A DNA stretch of 64,000 nt. Origin: an uncultured Nitrospiraceae bacterium (GTDB lineage Bacteria > Nitrospirota > Nitrospiria > Nitrospirales > Nitrospiraceae). The stretch is from contig CAVSTP010000003.1 of the NCBI GenBank assembly GCA_963730935.1, positions 800,001-864,000 on the forward strand, given 5' to 3'. Position 1 is the stretch's first letter. Each line of letters opens with the position of its first letter. Under the pieces are notes generated by a model. It had not been told where the DNA came from and made no database searches. It was given only the letters and a program-made list of their open reading frames with translations. The position numbers and the translations under genes are program-made. Below are positions 58,888 through 64,000 of the stretch, piece after piece.

Positions 58888-59529
58888 ATGGCAAGCAGCT
58901 CTCCGGAAGTCTATGTCGAGGAGCACAACGTAATCATTGCTCCAGCCGGTATTGGTACGAGGGTCTGGCCGGTCTACTGGAGCGCCATCTGGATCGGGGC
59001 CCTCGCAGCGCTCGCCCTGGGACTCATCTTTGGGCTCATTGGTATGGCCATCGGAGCCCATCAGGTCGGCAAGAAGATCGTCAACCTGCACGATCTGAGT
59101 TTCTGGGGATTAGTGTTCAGCGTGGCCGGCGCCTTCTTTTCGTTCGTGGTCGGCGGCTGGGTCACCTCCTCCATTGCGGGGTTACGCCGGGCGGAAGATG
59201 CCACGTTGCACGGCGCCATGGCTTGGCTCGTCGCGCTGCCGATGTTTCTTGTTCTGGCCGCCTTCGGAGCGGCAAGCTTCTTCGGCACCTGGTACAGCGG
59301 CCTAGCAGGTACACCGGTCTGGGCCACCTCGTCGTCCATCACCGCTGATCCCAATGCGGCGATGGTAGCGCGCAATTCCGCGATCGGCGCTGTCACAGCA
59401 TTGCTGATTGGTCTCGTCGGCAGCGTGATCGGCGGCTGGTGGGCCTCCGGCGAACCGATGTCATTGACCTACCGGCGGATGAAGGAGGAGCCGGAATTGC
59501 CCGAACCTCGGCGTGCCCGCGCTGCGTAA
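58888..59529 (+). CDS. Four-TM Gly/Ala-rich membrane protein
   Basis: AAGGAGGAG RBS; VYWSAIWIGA..GGW..LHGAMAW. Confidence 0.85.
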   Translation: MASSSPEVYVEEHNVIIAPAGIGTRVWPVYWSAIWIGALAALALGLIFGLIGMAIGAHQVGKKIVNLHDLSFWGLVFSVAGAFFSFVVGGWVTSSIAGLRRAEDATLHGAMAWLVALPMFLVLAAFGAASFFGTWYSGLAGTPVWATSSSITADPNAAMVARNSAIGAVTALLIGLVGSVIGGWWASGEPMSLTYRRMKEEPELPEPRRARAA

Positions 59530-59577
59530 CAGAAGTGAGCATCCTCCCGTGTTTATGAAACCTAGAGGAGGTATCGT

Positions 59578-59658
59578 ATGCCGTATGTGATCATGTGGTT
59601 GTTGGGAGTGCCTTTGACTGTAATTCTTCTGCTTTGGGTGGTTGGTATTGGCCGGTGA
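59578..59658 (+). CDS. 26-aa single-TM microprotein (not in the ORF track)
   Basis: GAGGAGG RBS; MPYVIMWLLGVPLTVILLLWVVGIGR*; followed by a hairpin. Confidence 0.8.
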   Translation: MPYVIMWLLGVPLTVILLLWVVGIGR

Positions 59659-59667
59659 CGTTCGAAC

Positions 59668-59691
59668 GAGGGCACCCGCCAGGGTGCCCTC
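59668..59691 (+). terminator. Probable intrinsic terminator
   Basis: GAGGGCACCC-gcca-GGGTGCCCTC perfect 10-bp stem. Confidence 0.65.
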
Positions 59692-60182
59692 CGTTCCTTG
59701 TTCGAAGAGATTGGCCGCCTGACATCCCACACTGCGAGAGCCCATGAGTTTAGAAATACGAGGCTGCGACGGCCGTCGTTTAAGACCTTCTCCGCTTCAT
59801 TCCCATTCCTCTCCTCGGTTTCTTGCTACCGCTCTGCGCCCAGACAGGGCAAACCAACCCCACTGTGTCCACTATCGGAGCGTCTTGTCTTGTAGTTTCT
59901 TGTTCTCGACGGATGATTTCTGTTGATGGTCTGGCCGCCTCCTGGACGGTTACCTGTTGCCTCTAACAAGCAGACTGTTAGCGAAGTGGGGCGCGCAATT
60001 TTAGGAAATCCCGCAAGGCGAACGTAGGGAGGGGGTCGCACTCCTTGTCAATCGCTTTTGTCTGGCAGACTTGTTAGTCCTTCTCCAGGTTTCAGGTGTT
60101 TTACCGTGATCTTCACCCAGTGACAACCTGGAGAAATAGGAGGAGTATGTTACAGCGCCCTTGACAACTTATACTGTGCGTC

Positions 60183-60376
60183 ATGCACCTGGCAAAGACG
60201 ATCACGCGCTTGCGGCTCGCACGAGGGCTGACGCAAACGGCGCTCGCCAAGAAGATCGGCGTCAGTCAGGCGTTCATCGCGCAGTTGAAAACGGGTGCTG
60301 AGACAACCCGACGCTCGATACCCTGACGCACTTGGCGAAGGCGTTGCAGGTCAAGCTGAGCACGTTGGTGGACTAA
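60183..60376 (+). pseudogene. Frameshifted XRE-family HTH regulator
   Basis: MHLAKTITRLRLARGLTQTALAKKIGVSQAFIAQLKTGA, then in the -1 frame at about 60301 DNPTLDTLTHLAKALQVKLSTLVD*. Confidence 0.85.
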
Positions 60377-60399
60377 CAACCAGGAGGGCAAAGATCGCG

Positions 60400-61266
60400 A
60401 TGCGAGTCATCTCTCTCATATTGCTGCTGCTCAGTGGCTGTGGCGACGGTGGCATGACAACCCCCCCGCAGCCAGCATTACAACCAGCACCCCAACAACC
60501 CGCCCCTCAACCCGTGAGCCAACCGCCCGCTCCCGCCGTGACGCCCACGGCCAACGCGGGGCCAGATCAAATCGTCAAAGCCGGGGACCGGGTGACGCTC
60601 AAGGGGACCATCAGCCCCGCGGATGCCCCGGTCTGCTGGCAGATCGTGAGCATCCCTGAGCACAGTCAGATGATCCTGCGAGAGGACGAGGGCGACCAAC
60701 TGACGGCCAGGTTCACCGCCGATTTGCCCGGCGAATACATCATCAAACTCGGGTGTACCGAGCCCACCGATCCGTTCGATACCGTCAAGATCACCGCCGA
60801 GGAAACCCTGCTCACCATGCAGTTCAGTGCCACCATGGGGAACACTGGCAAGGTCGAAGGCACCTTCAGCTATGTGCCGACCCAAGGGCCCAGCGCGACG
60901 AACCTGCGCAAGCTGCACCCGAACGTGGGCTATATCTTGCGCTCGTGGCAGTTCGTGGTCGAACCCGGCGACGTGACGCTCGTGCCGCCGACCGAGTACA
61001 GCAGCAGCAAGTCCACGGACACGGCAGAATTCTGCCAAGGGATCTGCGTCTTTGCCTCAGGCAATACGGTCACGCTGATCCTGACCAATGAAAGTGAGTA
61101 TGTGTTGCGGCTCTACTTCAACACGATTGATCCAACCCTCGACACGAGCCCCCCAGCCTCACGTGCTGAATGGGGGAGCGCTCTAGAGGCGACGTATCAA
61201 CATGCTGAGCCGGTGGGCGTACCGCTGGTGATTTTGAAAAACGTGACGTTAGAAGCCGTAAATTGA
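60400..61266 (+). CDS. Lipoprotein with Pro/Gln linker and PKD/Ig-like domain
   Basis: AGGAGG RBS; LLSGC; QPAPQQPAPQP; PTANAGPDQIV..FTADLPGEY. Confidence 0.82.
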   Translation: MRVISLILLLLSGCGDGGMTTPPQPALQPAPQQPAPQPVSQPPAPAVTPTANAGPDQIVKAGDRVTLKGTISPADAPVCWQIVSIPEHSQMILREDEGDQLTARFTADLPGEYIIKLGCTEPTDPFDTVKITAEETLLTMQFSATMGNTGKVEGTFSYVPTQGPSATNLRKLHPNVGYILRSWQFVVEPGDVTLVPPTEYSSSKSTDTAEFCQGICVFASGNTVTLILTNESEYVLRLYFNTIDPTLDTSPPASRAEWGSALEATYQHAEPVGVPLVILKNVTLEAVN

Positions 61267-61527
61267 GGAGGACTGTTGAGCTGCTTCCCCTGGGAAGAAA
61301 TCCCGAAACATGGGAGCCACGTCTGCATTGTCTCCGATGCTCCGACTCGATCCTGAATTACGTCTCACCAAAGAAGGGCACCCTGAAATGATGCTAAGTC
61401 GTCTGCCTGTTCTCTCAATGGGGTGGTTCTACGAACTCGATCTGTACAGCGTGGTTGCTGTTTAGGCCTTCGCCATCTGCACCTGTAATTTCGATGGATT
61501 GCAGCTTTGGATGAAAGAACGGAGCAG

Positions 61528-61977
61528 ATGATACTCTTTATCTTGAAACTTGGTCTCCTATGTTTTTGGGGCCTGTGGTTTTTTATCGCGTTTTCCACGA
61601 ATGCATGCGAAGGCTTCAAGGCGCTAAAACTCTTTTCCAAAACATGGCCTTTCGCTTCCGGTAACCTTCATGAGGTCATCCAAAGCACGAAAACTTACTC
61701 ACTTCCCCGTTGGCTTCCTGGGCTATTGTTCTCTGGTGTGCTATTTTGGGAGCTCGTGATCGTGTTCTGCTTCGGATGGGCCATCATTTCGTCCGCAATC
61801 AACGGAGCTATTAACATGGTTCTTATGAATACTGCATTTGTGGCAGGGTTAGGGTTGTGGGGCGGCTTTATCATCGCGGATGAGATCTTCAAGCAGTATG
61901 ACACTGAGCACTCTCACATACTGTTTTTTATAGCTCAACTCGTCACGCTAGCAACCTTCTATGTCTTGCCTTCATGA
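61528..61977 (+). CDS. Four-TM membrane protein, hypothetical
   Basis: Hydrophobic ORF; FASGN and FIIADEIF..EHSH motifs. Confidence 0.75.
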   Translation: MILFILKLGLLCFWGLWFFIAFSTNACEGFKALKLFSKTWPFASGNLHEVIQSTKTYSLPRWLPGLLFSGVLFWELVIVFCFGWAIISSAINGAINMVLMNTAFVAGLGLWGGFIIADEIFKQYDTEHSHILFFIAQLVTLATFYVLPS

Positions 61978-62871
61978 GTGTGTATGAGGCTGGAGACGTT
62001 CATGAATCTACAACGTTGCTACAACGTGAGCGAGGATCTCTTTCCCTTACCGCCCCACATCAAGGAATCGTACGGCGCCTTTGGATTTCCGGCACCGGCC
62101 GTTTCCAGCCGCCCGTATATCGCATCCAACTTTGTCATGGGGCTCGACGGCAGGGCCTCCTTTCGAGAGTTGAAGGGTCGTGCTGATGGCCAAACAGTGT
62201 CCAGGAGTTGCGAAGATCACTGGCTTATGGATTTTCTGCGCGCGCACTACGACGCGCAGTTGATCGGTGCAAGCACGCTCCGTGAGGAATTAAACCCTGA
62301 GGGGCGCGGCTGGGACTACGGCATCGAGGATGAAGAGTTGCGGAGATATCGACAGGATGTTCTCGGATTGGGGCGGCAGAAAGTCTTCCTTCTCAGCGGG
62401 ACCGGAGAAATCGATGTGACGCTTCGCATCTTCAGTTCTCCACGAGTTGAACCGTGGATCGTCACCGCTCGCGAGGGCGAAAAGCGTCTCAACTCGCAGC
62501 TCAAGCGATTAGGCCGTGAAGGAACGATTAGGATCCTGACTATCGGTGAGGGAACGCGGATCGATCTTCGTATGGCCGTTCAACTGCTTCGGAAAGAGCA
62601 TGGTATCCGGACGCTCCTTTGTGAAGGCGGACCCACTACGTATGGAGAGTTCCTCAAGCTTCAGTTGATTGATGAAGACTTTCGGACCCTGTCCCTCCAG
62701 GTATTAGGTGAGTCCACCGCGCCCGGCATCGACCGGCCGACGGCGTATGGGGACGTGAAGTACATACCGGAAACGGCACCCTGGTTTAAATTGATAAGTC
62801 TTCACTATGCGCTGCCTTACCACGCATTCCTCCGCCTTCGGTACACGGGTCCAAGAACGTTTGAGAACTGA
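61978..62871 (+). CDS. RibD C-terminal/DHFR-like reductase
   Basis: RPYIASNFVMGLDG, LRAHYDAQLIGASTLR, LLCEGGPT. Confidence 0.88.
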   Translation: MCMRLETFMNLQRCYNVSEDLFPLPPHIKESYGAFGFPAPAVSSRPYIASNFVMGLDGRASFRELKGRADGQTVSRSCEDHWLMDFLRAHYDAQLIGASTLREELNPEGRGWDYGIEDEELRRYRQDVLGLGRQKVFLLSGTGEIDVTLRIFSSPRVEPWIVTAREGEKRLNSQLKRLGREGTIRILTIGEGTRIDLRMAVQLLRKEHGIRTLLCEGGPTTYGEFLKLQLIDEDFRTLSLQVLGESTAPGIDRPTAYGDVKYIPETAPWFKLISLHYALPYHAFLRLRYTGPRTFEN

Positions 62872-63049
62872 GGTCACCGTCTAAAGTCTTGTTTTCGCCA
62901 CGACCCCGCTCCGTAAGACTATGTCTTCCTTCAATATCAGACGCAAGAATCTGTTAAGCGATCAAAGACAATGTGCTAGGGATTTTACCGGTATAGTGAC
63001 TTTCATCCACTCGGTATCATGGCATTGAAGACGGGGAAGAGAGGCTGTC

Positions 63050-63232
63050 ATGTTTAAGATCGCTACATTGGTTGCGTTGGTAATTGGGTTCTTGTTTCTA
63101 GGCCCAAAGGCTCTAGCCGAATTTCGAGGAGCGCGCAAGGCTAAACGCCGACCTCCCGCCAAGAAGGCTAAACGCCGGCCCCCTGCGAAGATCGGCCCCC
63201 GCACCCAGAGAAGAAAAGCACGCGCCGCTTAG
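63050..63232 (+). CDS. Small membrane-anchored basic protein
   Basis: GAGG RBS; N-terminal TM; KAKRRPPAK twice. Confidence 0.55.
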   Translation: MFKIATLVALVIGFLFLGPKALAEFRGARKAKRRPPAKKAKRRPPAKIGPRTQRRKARAA

Positions 63233-63797
63233 TTGGTTGCCGACCTTTCCCTTAGACAACCCGCTTGAACAAGTCACCGTGTCCTATGAAACCAGTTTCA
63301 AGCGAATCTGGCTCGGGGTCAGGAATGGGAAGTAGGAGTTCGGGGAGTTCGAGTTCAGGCCAGGGATCAGGCAAAACAGGACCGCAGTCGAGTGGCAAAC
63401 CGGGGAGTGGTACAACCCGTTAGAAATGGTGCTTCGGAGACGCCATCAACGGGAGGCCCCGTAGGGAATTGCAGATTCGCAGCCCATCGCAGACTTGCAG
63501 AATTTTCCCACCATCCCATCTTCCAGCGAGAACTCTCCACCCCAATACATCATCGTCAAGGGTATTCACGAGCACTCGATCGCGGCAAGTAACTAGATCG
63601 ACGGGCCAGCCAGCAACCATCGGCGGAGTTATTAGGTCTCTGCCTAGCTTGGTGGTCTATAGGCAGGGCATAAAATACATTATTTGACTCACATTTAAGT
63701 CAGGGGCGGTCAAAGACCAATCGACACGAATGTCGACTGCACAGTCAAAATCGAAATGACGTCGACAGTCAGGTGTCGCAGTGGTTCGAAAAGCGGC

Positions 63798-64000
63798 ATG
63801 ACCATGAGTTCGTACGCGATGGTAGATTCTGCAATCCTCATCAGATGTTATTTGCTGTATTTCATTATTCCCTTATGGCTTGTCGCCGGACTGGCTGATT
63901 ACCTTCTTCATCGGCAGACAAAGATTGAAGACACAAGTGGAATTAAAGAGTCTTTGCTGCACGCTGTGCAACTTGGAGAGACTGGAATCGCAATTGCGGC
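63798..64000 (+). CDS. Membrane protein, 5' part (truncated by the window edge)
   Basis: ..YLLYFIIPLWLVAGLADYLLHRQTKIEDTSGIKESLLHAVQLGE; open to the window end. Confidence 0.7.
   Translation, partial: MTMSSYAMVDSAILIRCYLLYFIIPLWLVAGLADYLLHRQTKIEDTSGIKESLLHAVQLGETGIAIA

Noticed and set aside
60295..60399. N-terminal extension of the PKD lipoprotein ORF
   Set aside because: Overlaps the XRE pseudogene; the SD and lipoprotein signal indicate a start at 60400.
1..64000. CRISPR array, tRNA/rRNA, IS elements, integron attC sites
   Set aside because: No regularly spaced repeats, cloverleafs, transposase/integrase motifs or RYYYAAC..GTTRRRY-bounded hairpins were recognised by manual reading.

Overview
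A bacterial chromosome segment, most likely from a Nitrospira-like organism. That assignment is inferred from the gene repertoire and was not confirmed by a search. All family names below come from recognising motifs by eye. About 1-22 kb holds housekeeping and envelope genes: tatC, a cyclophilin, an RND efflux operon led by a lone receiver protein, an M48 peptidase, trmL, TPR/Sel1 proteins and a sigma54 two-component pair. About 22-40.6 kb is a divergent sulfur/molybdenum oxyanion-uptake island. Its left arm reads yezD/oscA - porin - ModA-like - lipoprotein - racemase - ssuABC-like - SfnR-like sigma54 activator. Its right arm reads XRE/PBP regulator - frameshifted ModA-like - lipoprotein - porin - TOBE - modA - two unknowns - molbindin - modB - modC. 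Each arm carries its own copy of an uncharacterised porin + orphan binding protein + lipoprotein trio, and each promoter has its own palindromic operator. At 40.9-42.7 kb, an XRE-HTH/S24 LexA-like repressor sits behind a perfect 19-bp operator and precedes a degenerate RadA/ImuA-like gene, with no polymerase partner in view. About 44-64 kb is a gene-sparse, visibly more AT-rich accessory region of small regulators, Zn-finger microproteins, lipoproteins and gene remnants. I recognised no rRNA, tRNA, CRISPR array, integrase or transposase.
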